Positions 45,131-54,851 of a stretch of 56,789 nucleotides of DNA are shown here, piece after piece. The notes beneath the pieces were generated by a model. The model did not search any database and had not been told where the DNA came from. It saw nothing but the letters and a program-made list of their open reading frames with translations. This DNA comes from an uncultured Christensenellaceae bacterium. Lineage in GTDB: Bacteria; Bacillota; Clostridia; Christensenellales; SZUA-584. The stretch spans positions 1-56,789 of the forward strand of contig CAZDZY010000004.1 of the NCBI GenBank assembly GCA_964510055.1, given 5' to 3'. Position 1 is the stretch's first letter. Each line of letters begins with the position of its first letter. A program made the position numbers and the translations under genes.

Positions 45131-48100
45131 TTACTTCCAATACTTGCCCGAAAACGATCCGTATACTTTAGCCGTTCCTACCTTGGTATACGCTATGACT
45201 TTGTAATAATAGAGCTTGCTGGCGTAGAGGCCGATATTATCGTAAGTGAGTTTATCCGTCGACGCTATGGCGTAATACCTTCCGTTAAGCGACGCTGCCC
45301 TCCATACCTCGTATCCCGTCGCCCCTTCCACCGCGCTCCACGATAAGTTGATACTTGTCGCGGATGTTCTCTGCAAAACAACGCTCCCGGGCACCGCGGG
45401 CACAGGCTTTAGATACCTGTAGTTGCTATATGTTCCGGTCTTTTCGGGATTGGAACTTTCTCCGTCATAAGCCCGTATCCTGTAGTAACGTGTAACGCCT
45501 GGAGTAAGGCCTTCGTTTACGTAGCTTATATACCCCTCGGTCGAGTGGTCGAAGCTCGCGTCGGCGCCTTCGATCTTCTTGTAACTGCCTCCGTCGTAGC
45601 GCTGCACCTCATACGCCGTTGCTCCCGCTATCTCGTTCCACGTCAGCTCTACGCTGTTATACGAAGCCGACACGGCTTTAAGGTACACCTTAGGCCATAA
45701 GGGCTTAGCATATCTGTACCTGCATTGCGGGCTCCTGTTAGTCCCGGTTTCGGTCACGTCATAAGCCCTTATCACGTAATAGTACGTTCTTCCTGTATCC
45801 AGCCCCGCTTCGTTATTATTGTCAGTATAAGTCGCTCCCCCACCCTGAAGCACGGTGCCTATCGGGACGCTGTACGGGCCTCTGTAGCTTGTGCTGCGGT
45901 ACACTTCGTATCCGTCGGCCCCGGCTATCTCGTTCCACGTCAGTTTTATGCTGTTATACGTGTTCGATACTGCCTTAAGGTACACCGTAGGCCACGCGGG
46001 CTTTAAGTACCTGTAGGGGCTGTATGACTCGGGTTTTACGGTTTCGGGACTTCCCCGGTCATAAGCCCGTATCCTGTAGTAGTTTAACGTGCCCGTGCTG
46101 CATTCGGTATCCGTATAACTCAAATACCCTTCGGCCGGGGCTTCGAACACTGTTGATTCGTTGGTGATCGCCACATAACCCGCGGTACCCGGGACGTAGC
46201 GCTGCACCTCATATGCCATATTATCTCCCGCTATCTTGTTCCACGTCAGCTCTACGCTGTTATACGAAGCCGACACGGCTTTAAGGTACACCTTAGGCCA
46301 CGCGGGCTTTAAGTACCTGTAGGGGCTGTATGTCTCGGGTTTTACAGTTTCGGAACTTTCCCCGTCATAAGCCCGTATCCTGTAGTAGTTTAACGTGCCC
46401 ATGCTGCACCCGGTATCCGTATAACTCAAATATCCTTCGGACGGGGCTTCGAACACTGTTGATTCGTTGGTGATTGCCACATAACCCGCGGTACCCGGGA
46501 CGTAGCGCTGCACCTCATACACCATCCCATCCCCCGCTATTGTGTTCCACTTCAGCTTTATGCTGTTATACGTGTTCGATGCCGCGCTAAGCCTTACCGC
46601 AGGCCATAAGGGCTTAGCATATCTGTACCTGCATTGCGGGCTCTTATTAGCACCGTTATAAGCCTTTATCACGTAATAGTAATTTCTTCCCGTAGTCAGC
46701 CCCGCTCCGTTATTGTTGTCAGTATAAGTCGCTCCCCCGCCCTGAAGCACGGTTCCTATCGGGTCGCTGTACGGGCCTCTGTAGCTTGTGCTGCGGTACA
46801 CTTCGTATCCTTCGGCCCCGGCCACCTCGTTCCACGTAAGCTTTATGCTGTTATACGTGTTCGATACTGCCTTAAGGTACACCGTAGGCCACGCGGGCTT
46901 TAAGTACCTGTAGGGGCTGTATGACTCGGGTTTTACGGTTTCGGGACTTCCCCGGTCATAAGCCCGTATCCTGTAGTAGTTTAACGTGCCCGTGCTGCAT
47001 TCGGTATCCGTATAACTCAAATACCCTTCGGCCGGGGCTTCGAACACTGTTGATTCGTTGGTGATCGCCACATAACCCGCGGTACCCGGGACGTAGCGCT
47101 GCACCTCATATGCCATATTATCTCCCGCTATCTTGTTCCACGTCAGCTTTACGCTGTTATACGAAGCCGCCACGGCTTTAAGGTACACCTTAGGCCACAC
47201 GGGCTTAGCGTACCTGATGTATGATACGCTGTATAAGGTATCGTCGTAAGGTTTATGGCATGCCCGTATATAGTAGTAACAATATACGTTTGTCGTAAGA
47301 TTTTTGTCTTCATGGACTAAAGTACTATTGTCGTAGGTAGCTATACACTGATACTTACCATCGACCTTTTTCCATACCTCGTAGCCTTCGGCGTTAAGCA
47401 CCGCGTTCCATGTAAGCGTTAAAGTTTTGTAATTAGTCGGCTTTATGATTAGGTACGGCCTGTTCAATGCCAGCAAAGTGTTGGGCATCCATTTCGCGGT
47501 CAGCGTCGCATCGGTTATCATTTCCACCTTATTGCCGCTCTCTATTAGCTCTCCCGCTTCGGTATACCAGCCGCAGAAGTAATAATACAGCCTTGTCGGC
47601 TTCGGCAGGTCGTATGTTTCCCCGTAAGCCGTCTGTATGCCCGTGCCCGGGGTATTTAGTTTCCCGCCTGCCGGGATGAGCGTCAAATATACGCTCGGCG
47701 ACATAACGGTTATAGTAAGATCGGCCGGTGAACCGATAGTGAACACAACGCTGAGATGGTACGTGTCGAGCTCCAGCGCGTTGAGGTATTCTTTCGTTAT
47801 CGTCAGCTCGTCTCCAACTACGCTATAGTTTTCCGCGCCTATTGTTGTACCGTCCAACATAACATATTCGATCGCCTGCGCGTCGTTATATGTTACGGTC
47901 ACTTTGATATCCGCCTGGCTGTCCGGGTGTATGTTGAATGTTGCGCTTTCCGGGCTTATAGCTCCGGCCTTTATCTTTACAAGCACGGTGTTGCCGTTGA
48001 CCAGATCTTCAAAGACAAAATAGCCTTCGTTCGCATCTGCCCCCGGTTTGCCTTCCGCACCGGTCTTCGAGGCGCCTTCCAGTGAGATATATGTCGCGTT

Positions 48101-51100
48101 TGATACCGGTACGCTGATATTGCCGTCTATCTTCGCCGTGCTTCCGCCGTACGCTGCTACACCCGTAACAGTCGCGCCGGTCGCGGTAACATTTCTTTTC
48201 ACGACTGCGCTGCCTCCGCCTGTTGCGTATACGCCTATGCAGTTATCGCCGTTCGCGCTGACATCGGTGTTTACGGTTACAGTGCCGCCGTTGGCGTAAA
48301 CTCCCCTGCTGCCTGCCTGGTCTGCCGAAACGCTTTCCGTTACCGTAACGCTGCCGCCGGCGCTCGCCATCGCGCCGCATCCGTTCGCTGCGGTCGCGGC
48401 CGCGCTGGAAACCTGCGCCGTGCCGCCACAGGCGTATACTCCGCTTAAAGTGCCTGTTGCGTTAAATGTCACGCTTTCTTCTTTATTAACAACGCCTCCG
48501 CTGCCCACGTATAGCCCGTGGCCCGCGCCGGCTGTTACGCTGAACGTACCGCTTCCCGCAATACTTAGCGTGCCGCCGCTCACATTTAGCCCGTTCCCCG
48601 CGGCAGCGTTTACGGTCAGTTCATACTCTCCTAAGTTAAAGTTAAGGTCCATGCCGCTGACGGTGATGCCTGAACCGTATTCGATGCCCTGCAGCAGCGT
48701 TATGGTATCGCCGCTGGCCGCTTTCGCAAGCGCCTCTTCCAGCGTGGTGTACTCTGTCGCGCCTATGGCGCAGACCGCCGGGCGGGTATCTATAACCGTT
48801 ACCAGCAGTTTCGCCGGCACGCCCGCGTTAAATTCCACTATAAATTCATACGCGTCCGCGGCCGCCGCGCGGGTCATCAGATAGGCTTTGTTTATCTTCA
48901 GCGTATTGCCCGCTACGCTGTAGTTCCCCGTGCCTATGGAAATACCGCCCTCAAAAACGTCCGTGACCGCAGTCGCGCCGCTTTTCCAGGCGATGTTGGT
49001 TATAACGTCCACATTTTCGGCAATATTATCTGAATTTTTGTCGAATATGAATACCGCCGGAACCAGCGGGTTTGTAACGCGGACTATGTTGCCGTTTGTG
49101 TCGGCATACATGAGGTAAAGCGTATCGTCGCCGGTACCCGGCATGCCTTCTTCGGGGATACTGGTTATGCCCTCCAGGCTTATATACGCCCCCGTCGCGG
49201 TAACTGTGCCGTTAACGGTCGCATTGCCCCCGTTATATGCGGTTACGCCTATATCTACCGCAGCCACACTGCCGCCCACAACAACCGTGCTGTCTGTTAC
49301 ATACACGCCGTTGCCGTTTCCGGCGGTTGCGCTGCCGGTAACAGTAACAGTGCTGCCTCCGTTTGTAAATATTGCGTACCCGCCATCACCGGTCGAACTG
49401 ACATCGTACGATACTTCTGCCTGGCTGCTGTCAATAGCCTGTACTCCGATAAAGCTGCCTGTCGCGTTTCTGCCAACGCTGACATGCCCTCTGCTGTAGG
49501 CAAACACTCCATATGAGCCGCCTATGGCATCGACCGCTACCTCAATATCGCTGCCCGTGCCTTCCGCATAGGCGCCTGCGATTCCCGTTCCTGTTGCGTT
49601 CCCTCCCACGCTGACACGGCCTCCACTCAAGGCAGACACCCCGTATGTATTGCCTGTTGCATCGGCGGCTACCTCGATACTGCTGTCCGTACCTTCCGCA
49701 TAGGCGCCTGCGGTTCCCGCTCCTGTTGCGTTCCCGCCGACGCTTACATATCCTCCGCTCGATGCATGCACTCCGTATGTGCTCCCTATGGCATCGGCCG
49801 TCACCTCTATACTGCTGCCCGCGCCGGCCGCATAAGCGCCCGCGTCTCCCGTTGACGTAGCGCTTGTTACTTTTGCCTGCCCGCCGTCATGGGCGTATAC
49901 TCCGCAGTATGAGCCTGTTGCGCTGAATGTCACGCTTTCAGCTATGGTTACAACGCCGTCGCTGCCTACGTCCAGCCCGCTGGCCGAGCTGCTTTGGGCG
50001 CTCAGCGTGCCGTTTCCGGATATATCGGATATATTCAATGTGCCGGTGTCAACACTCACCGCGTTCCCCGAGTCATTTGAAACATTGAGGTCAAATCCGT
50101 TTAAGTTGAATGTTACGGACTTGCCGCTTATAGTAATGCCGCCGTTATAGGTTATGTCATCCAGCAGAGTGATGGTGTCGCCGTTGACTGCATGATCGAT
50201 CGCGTCTGCCAGTGATGTATACTTTGCCGCGCCTATAACGCATACCGTCTCGCTTACAGATATAGTCAGTGTTGCCGCGCTGCCCACATTGAACACAACG
50301 CTCAGGTTAAGGTCCTCGTCGGGCTGGTCATCAAGATATCCTTTGTATATCGTAAGCGTATTTCCGGCAACTATGTAATTCTCCCCGCCAATAGTCGTCC
50401 CATCAGCCGTAACGTCGGTGATCTGCCACGCGCTGTTCCAGGTGATCTCCGTTGTTATATCAACGTAGCCTTCCGCGTTTGCCGGGTTCCGGTCGAACTC
50501 CGCGGTGGCCGGGCTGATGGAAGCGCTTATTATTTTAACGCTTACGGTATTTGTCCCATCGGTATATACAAGGTAATCCCCGTCCGCCGTGCCGGCGCTT
50601 TGCGCAAGCGCTGTGGTTCCGGCCATTATATATGTCGCGGCGCTTATAGTGCCGTCTATCACCGCCGTGCCGCCGTCGTGGGCGTATACGCCCACGAGAT
50701 CTGCCGTAATATCGAGCTTCCCTCCCGTCAAGTTCAGCGCCCCGGCGCTTATGTCAAGCCCGTTTCCCGCGCTTGCAACGCTGAGGTCATTGCCGTTCAG
50801 ATCGATATTTACGGTCTCGCCGCTCACAGTGATGCAGGAATTAAAAGTTATATCATCCAGCAGCATTATGGTATCGCCGTTGGCCGCGTCCGCGAGCGCC
50901 TCTTCCAGCGTATGATAAGAAGTCGTGCCTATCTGGCAGACCGAATCGCTTATGGTAATGGACAATGTTGCCGGCGCGCCCGCGTCGAATTCTACCGACA
51001 GGTTAAGGATGCCTAACCCCTGCTGCGCGAGATATGTTTTCATTATTGTCAGCGTATTTCCGCTTACGCTGTAATTATCTTTGCCTATCGTGGCCCCGCC

Positions 51101-52261
51101 AACCGTAACGTCCTTTACCTCCGTTGCGCTGCCCAGGGTAACGGTCGTTATAACGTCCTGCTGATTGTCCGGGTATTTATCGAAATCAGCCGTATTCGGG
51201 CTTATTGAGCTGTTTATTGCCGTCACGCGGGCTTTATTGCTGCTTGCGTCGGTATATACCAGATATATCACTTCTTCTATCTCTTCAGTGCTGGTCCATC
51301 CTTCAATAGCCGTGCCGGTCCCCTGCAAACTTATATAAGTTCCCTCAGCGCTTACAGTGCCTTTTATCGTCGCGTTTCCGCCGTCGCTCAGGTCTATGCC
51401 GACGCTTCCCGTGCCGCTTGCAACGACATTTCTGCCCACATTGACATAGCCGGTATTAATAGCGTGAACTCCTCCGTCGGAGTTTCCGGTCGATATGACG
51501 TCCCGCGTAACTTTTACCGATGCGCCATTATGCATTGCTTCCGCCCCGTAAGAGGCTCCTGTTGCATCATTGCCAACGATTACCTCTCCTCCGTCAAATA
51601 CGCGCGCTCCGTAACTGTATAGGCCGGTCGCTGTTGCGTCTGCCCCCACGCTGACTGTGCTGCCGCTGCCGGCGGCGCACGCTGCGACTCCGCTGGTGCC
51701 ATCCGCCGTCGCGCTGCCCGTCACAACTATATGGCCTGCTACCGCGGCTCCGTATGCGTAGGCGCCGACCCCGCTGTCCCCGGTCGATCTCGCGCTGGTA
51801 ACTTTTGCGGTGCCTCCGTCATATGCGCATACGCCGTAACTGGAGCCTGTGACATTGAATGCCCCGCTTCCCGTTATTCCCGTTATATCCACAACGCCGC
51901 CGCTGCCTACATCCAGTCCGTTTCCTGCGGTGCTTGTTAAACTGAATGTACCGCTTCCCTTTATACTTACAGTGCCGTTACTTACGCTGAGCCCATTCCC
52001 CGCGCTGTTGACGGTCAGGTCATACACGTCTAAATCAAACGTGACAGACTTCCCGCTTATAGAAATGCCTGTAGTATGAACGATGTCCGCCAGAAGCAAG
52101 ATGGTATCGCCGCTTACTGCAGCCGTTAACGCCGCGTCCAGCGTAAGGTACTTCTCCGCGCCTATCTGGCATACCTCTCCCGCCGCAAAAGCCGAAGCCG
52201 GCAGCATGCTCAAAACAAGAGCCGCGGCCAGTATTATCGGCAGTATTTTTTTCTTTATCAT
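45131..52261 (-). CDS. 2376-aa surface protein: four [beta-helix + X2-like Ig] units, InlB-B repeat, C-terminal FN3 repeats
   Basis: Signal peptide; VC.IG...Y.TL..AL..A..GDTI.LL.DI caps; ISP..A.FD...NY.V.GNTLTI.K.YL X2-like motif four times; FN3 repeats. Confidence 0.92.
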   Translation of the reverse strand: MIKKKILPIILAAALVLSMLPASAFAAGEVCQIGAEKYLTLDAALTAAVSGDTILLLADIVHTTGISISGKSVTFDLDVYDLTVNSAGNGLSVSNGTVSIKGSGTFSLTSTAGNGLDVGSGGVVDITGITGSGAFNVTGSSYGVCAYDGGTAKVTSARSTGDSGVGAYAYGAAVAGHIVVTGSATADGTSGVAACAAGSGSTVSVGADATATGLYSYGARVFDGGEVIVGNDATGASYGAEAMHNGASVKVTRDVISTGNSDGGVHAINTGYVNVGRNVVASGTGSVGIDLSDGGNATIKGTVSAEGTYISLQGTGTAIEGWTSTEEIEEVIYLVYTDASSNKARVTAINSSISPNTADFDKYPDNQQDVITTVTLGSATEVKDVTVGGATIGKDNYSVSGNTLTIMKTYLAQQGLGILNLSVEFDAGAPATLSITISDSVCQIGTTSYHTLEEALADAANGDTIMLLDDITFNSCITVSGETVNIDLNGNDLSVASAGNGLDISAGALNLTGGKLDITADLVGVYAHDGGTAVIDGTISAATYIMAGTTALAQSAGTADGDYLVYTDGTNTVSVKIISASISPATAEFDRNPANAEGYVDITTEITWNSAWQITDVTADGTTIGGENYIVAGNTLTIYKGYLDDQPDEDLNLSVVFNVGSAATLTISVSETVCVIGAAKYTSLADAIDHAVNGDTITLLDDITYNGGITISGKSVTFNLNGFDLNVSNDSGNAVSVDTGTLNISDISGNGTLSAQSSSASGLDVGSDGVVTIAESVTFSATGSYCGVYAHDGGQAKVTSATSTGDAGAYAAGAGSSIEVTADAIGSTYGVHASSGGYVSVGGNATGAGTAGAYAEGTDSSIEVAADATGNTYGVSALSGGRVSVGGNATGTGIAGAYAEGTGSDIEVAVDAIGGSYGVFAYSRGHVSVGRNATGSFIGVQAIDSSQAEVSYDVSSTGDGGYAIFTNGGSTVTVTGSATAGNGNGVYVTDSTVVVGGSVAAVDIGVTAYNGGNATVNGTVTATGAYISLEGITSIPEEGMPGTGDDTLYLMYADTNGNIVRVTNPLVPAVFIFDKNSDNIAENVDVITNIAWKSGATAVTDVFEGGISIGTGNYSVAGNTLKINKAYLMTRAAAADAYEFIVEFNAGVPAKLLVTVIDTRPAVCAIGATEYTTLEEALAKAASGDTITLLQGIEYGSGITVSGMDLNFNLGEYELTVNAAAGNGLNVSGGTLSIAGSGTFSVTAGAGHGLYVGSGGVVNKEESVTFNATGTLSGVYACGGTAQVSSAAATAANGCGAMASAGGSVTVTESVSADQAGSRGVYANGGTVTVNTDVSANGDNCIGVYATGGGSAVVKRNVTATGATVTGVAAYGGSTAKIDGNISVPVSNATYISLEGASKTGAEGKPGADANEGYFVFEDLVNGNTVLVKIKAGAISPESATFNIHPDSQADIKVTVTYNDAQAIEYVMLDGTTIGAENYSVVGDELTITKEYLNALELDTYHLSVVFTIGSPADLTITVMSPSVYLTLIPAGGKLNTPGTGIQTAYGETYDLPKPTRLYYYFCGWYTEAGELIESGNKVEMITDATLTAKWMPNTLLALNRPYLIIKPTNYKTLTLTWNAVLNAEGYEVWKKVDGKYQCIATYDNSTLVHEDKNLTTNVYCYYYIRACHKPYDDTLYSVSYIRYAKPVWPKVYLKAVAASYNSVKLTWNKIAGDNMAYEVQRYVPGTAGYVAITNESTVFEAPAEGYLSYTDTECSTGTLNYYRIRAYDRGSPETVKPESYSPYRYLKPAWPTVYLKAVSNTYNSIKLTWNEVAGAEGYEVYRSTSYRGPYSDPIGTVLQGGGATYTDNNNGAGLTTGRNYYYVIKAYNGANKSPQCRYRYAKPLWPAVRLSAASNTYNSIKLKWNTIAGDGMVYEVQRYVPGTAGYVAITNESTVFEAPSEGYLSYTDTGCSMGTLNYYRIRAYDGESSETVKPETYSPYRYLKPAWPKVYLKAVSASYNSVELTWNKIAGDNMAYEVQRYVPGTAGYVAITNESTVFEAPAEGYLSYTDTECSTGTLNYYRIRAYDRGSPETVKPESYSPYRYLKPAWPTVYLKAVSNTYNSIKLTWNEIAGADGYEVYRSTSYRGPYSVPIGTVLQGGGATYTDNNNEAGLDTGRTYYYVIRAYDVTETGTNRSPQCRYRYAKPLWPKVYLKAVSASYNSVELTWNEIAGATAYEVQRYDGGSYKKIEGADASFDHSTEGYISYVNEGLTPGVTRYYRIRAYDGESSNPEKTGTYSNYRYLKPVPAVPGSVVLQRTSATSINLSWSAVEGATGYEVWRAASLNGRYYAIASTDKLTYDNIGLYASKLYYYKVIAYTKVGTAKVYGSFSGKYWK
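45600..47200 (-). repeat. near-identical intragenic FN3 repeats (about 300-bp units, higher-order offset about 897 bp)
   Basis: For example the sequence from 45951 recurs from 46848; ITNESTVFEAP.EGYLSYTDT occurs three times. Confidence 0.85.
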
Positions 52262-52710
52262 TGGTTATCGCCTCCGAAATATATTTGCAATTTGCAGTCG
52301 TATAAAAAACGTATCAAACGTTTAATTGCCGTGTTGAAATACAGTCTGTATAAAATGAATAAAATATCTGACCAACAACTATTTCCGGAGCCCGGCCTGC
52401 GGCCCTGCCCGGTAAAACGGCTGTGGTAATATACATGCCGAAAAAATATTGTATTATATTATAATATAAACCAAAAATAATACCGTAAAACACAAAATGA
52501 CCCATATTGCGGCATAAACGCTCAGGCAGGCTTACCGCCTGCCTTGCGGCTAACGGAGCAGCGGGCTCCATATTGATTAACGTTTTTCCTCCGGAATAAT
52601 TAGATCTGTACGGACGCCCTTGCTAAACACTCCAAAACCGGCCGGTACTATGGTATAATATAGTAAACTTTAGTATCGGTTTTATGAGTTCTGAAATTTT
52701 TAATGCTGCC

Positions 52711-52740
52711 TGCAACATTTTCCTTCTCCCGTTTGTATAT
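52711..52740 (+). promoter_or_regulatory. putative ECF sigma promoter (TGCAAC-N17-TGTA)
   Basis: AAC-type -35 at 52711-52716, CGTTTGTA -10 region, about 50 bp upstream of the operon. Confidence 0.5.
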
Positions 52741-52790
52741 ACATCGGAACCGTAAAAGGTTACTAAAAGCAGGCAAAGGAAATGTTCATT

Positions 52791-53321
52791 ATGAAAAAGT
52801 TGTTTTTGATCGTGATCTGCGCCGCTGCGGCGTTGGCGCTTGCCGCTTGCGGCGGGCAAAAAGCAAACAGCGATCCGCAGGCAAACGGGCAGGATAATAC
52901 GGAGGCCCTCGGCGGAGTGCAGATACCCAACCCCTTTACCGACTGCAAAACGCTTGAGGAGACGGAGCAGCTGGCGGGCTTCGATATCGCCCTGCCCGGC
53001 AGCATGCCGGAAGGCTATGCGATAAGCGCGTACCGCGTCATGAAGGGCAGGATGATCGAGCTCATCTATAACAGCGGCAGCGATGAGATACGCATCCGCA
53101 AAGGAGCGGGCAGCGAAGAAATAAGCGGCGACTACAGCGAATACGCCGAAACCAAAACGGTAACAGTCGGAAGCCTTCAGGTAACTATGAAGGGCAACGG
53201 CGGGAAAGTAAACGTTGCTTCGTGGTTTGACGGCGGGTATGCCTTCTCCATAACCGTCAACCCCGGCGGAGAGGGCGTTGCCGAAGAAGCCATCAGCGAT
53301 ATGGTGAGCGCTGTAAAGTAG
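52791..53321 (+). CDS. lipoprotein (DUF4367-like), homologous to the anti-sigma ectodomain
   Basis: Lipobox LAAC; QIPNPF.DC..L....GF; ISGDYSEY; W.DGGY.FSI. Confidence 0.88.
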   Translation: MKKLFLIVICAAAALALAACGGQKANSDPQANGQDNTEALGGVQIPNPFTDCKTLEETEQLAGFDIALPGSMPEGYAISAYRVMKGRMIELIYNSGSDEIRIRKGAGSEEISGDYSEYAETKTVTVGSLQVTMKGNGGKVNVASWFDGGYAFSITVNPGGEGVAEEAISDMVSAVK

Positions 53322-53333
53322 GTTTATGATAGT

Positions 53334-53361
53334 AAAGGCGGCGCAGTAAAGCGCCGCCTTT
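53334..53361 (+). terminator. intra-operon hairpin/terminator
   Basis: AAAGGCGGCGC-AGTAAA-GCGCCGCCTTT between the lipoprotein and sigma genes. Confidence 0.7.
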
Positions 53362-53385
53362 CACTGCAAAAAGGGCGGTGATGAA

Positions 53386-54006
53386 ATGACCGGCGTATGC
53401 GGATATAAGGAATCTTCTTTGGGCTTTGATGATATGAGCGCGGGCTTACGCCTCATACTTTCTTTATTGTTCGGCTCCGACACACCTACGGGCAATAAGG
53501 TCATCCCTTTTGAACGATCCGCCGCCAATGCAAGGGCGAACGATCAGGCCGAAATCCTGCTCGACCGATACGGCGGCAGCATACTGCGCCTCGCGTATTC
53601 GTACCTTCACAACATGAGCGACGCCGAAGACGTATTGCAGGACGCGCTTATACAGTTCATAAAGGCCCTACCGCAATTTGAGACGCCTGACCACGAAAAA
53701 GCGTGGCTTATGCGCGTCGCCATAAACTTAAGCAAGAACAGGATAAAGTATCTTAGTCTCAGGAAAGCCGACGAGCTGTACGACAGCCTTGCCGCCCGGG
53801 AAGAGGACGACCTCAAGTTCGTATGGGACGCGGTCAAAAGCCTGCCGGCCTGCTACAGCGAGGTGATCCACCTATACTATCACGAAGGTTATTCCACCGC
53901 GCAGATAGCCGGGCTTCTGTCGAAGAACGAGAGCACCGTACGCTCGCTGCTAAAACGCGCCCGGGAGAAGCTTAAAGCGGTATTGAAGGAAGTGTATGAC
54001 TTTTAA
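53386..54006 (+). CDS. ECF sigma-70 factor
   Basis: Region 2 (RLAYSYL..DAEDVLQD..KAWLMRVAIN) and region 4 (EVIHLYYHEGYSTAQIA..L...ESTVRSLLKRAREKL). Confidence 0.95.
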   Translation: MTGVCGYKESSLGFDDMSAGLRLILSLLFGSDTPTGNKVIPFERSAANARANDQAEILLDRYGGSILRLAYSYLHNMSDAEDVLQDALIQFIKALPQFETPDHEKAWLMRVAINLSKNRIKYLSLRKADELYDSLAAREEDDLKFVWDAVKSLPACYSEVIHLYYHEGYSTAQIAGLLSKNESTVRSLLKRAREKLKAVLKEVYDF

Positions 54007-54637
54007 TAACAGATACAGCCGCGCTATAGCGCAGGTAGAAGTCACCCCTGAGATGCGCGGCAGGATATTGAGAAACTTAAGCGGGGCCGCTTCGGAGAAT
54101 AGACGGAATAAAGCTCCTTTCGTTAGGGCTTACCGTAAATACATTTCCGTTGCCGCGTGTTTTTTGCTTTTGATCATAGGAGCGTTTATCATCTATAGGA
54201 CGCTTGGCCGCGATATCGTGACCGAGCCTTTCAGGATAGTAGATTGCGGCTCTCTGGACGAACTCTCCGATACCATCGGCTTTAAGGTGAGCGAGGTAAA
54301 GGCGCTGCCTTTCGCCGCGGAGCAGGCCGCGTATACCGCATACCTCGGAGGAGACCTACCGCTCGCGCAGGTAAAGTATACGGGCGAAGGCAGCGAGCTT
54401 GCGCTGAGGATGTCTGCCGGCAGCGAAGACAACAGCGGGGATTATACCGAATACAGCGCTATCAAGACCGTCCCCGTAAACGATCTTACCGTTACGCTCA
54501 AAGGCAGCGGCGGGCTATATAACATCGCCCTCTGGCAGAGCGGCGGCTATTCGTACTCTATAAGAATAACTATGGGAGATTCCATGGCTGGGATCACCGA
54601 GGAAAAATTGCTGGATACGGTGATTTCGGTGAAGTAA
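53996..54637 (+). CDS. single-TM anti-sigma factor with DUF4367-like ectodomain
   Basis: Overlaps the sigma stop; short cytoplasmic domain, TM SVAACFLLLIIGAFII, extracellular domain. Confidence 0.85.
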   Translation: MTFNNRYSRAIAQVEVTPEMRGRILRNLSGAASENRRNKAPFVRAYRKYISVAACFLLLIIGAFIIYRTLGRDIVTEPFRIVDCGSLDELSDTIGFKVSEVKALPFAAEQAAYTAYLGGDLPLAQVKYTGEGSELALRMSAGSEDNSGDYTEYSAIKTVPVNDLTVTLKGSGGLYNIALWQSGGYSYSIRITMGDSMAGITEEKLLDTVISVK

Positions 54638-54851
54638 GTATGAAAAGAATTTACGTTTTGTATCATATCTATAACGTGGTATCAACAAACCTTCTCGGTC
54701 GTTATCTGTTTTGGTTTATATGGGTTCACAATAACGCAAAAAACACTTTGAATCTCAGGGCAAAGAGCTATCAGATGTTTTGTTAATGCTCCAACTGGGA
54801 TAAAATGCGGGACTTTAATCCACTTGACAGAGTAATTGTACCGTTATCGAT

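Noticed and set aside
45131..52261. Cellulosome scaffoldin because of the X2-like domains
   Set aside because: No cohesin, CBM3 or dockerin motifs recognised.
11419..52325. Numerous 60-390-aa antisense or alternative-frame ORFs inside the large genes (e.g. 14373..15332, 33372..34541)
   Set aside because: Shadow ORFs of GC-rich coding strands with no RBS or recognisable motifs.
52380..52575. Riboswitch (c-di-GMP/c-di-AMP) in the leader of the giant gene
   Set aside because: GC-rich hairpins are present, but I could not match any riboswitch consensus; an Rfam scan is needed.
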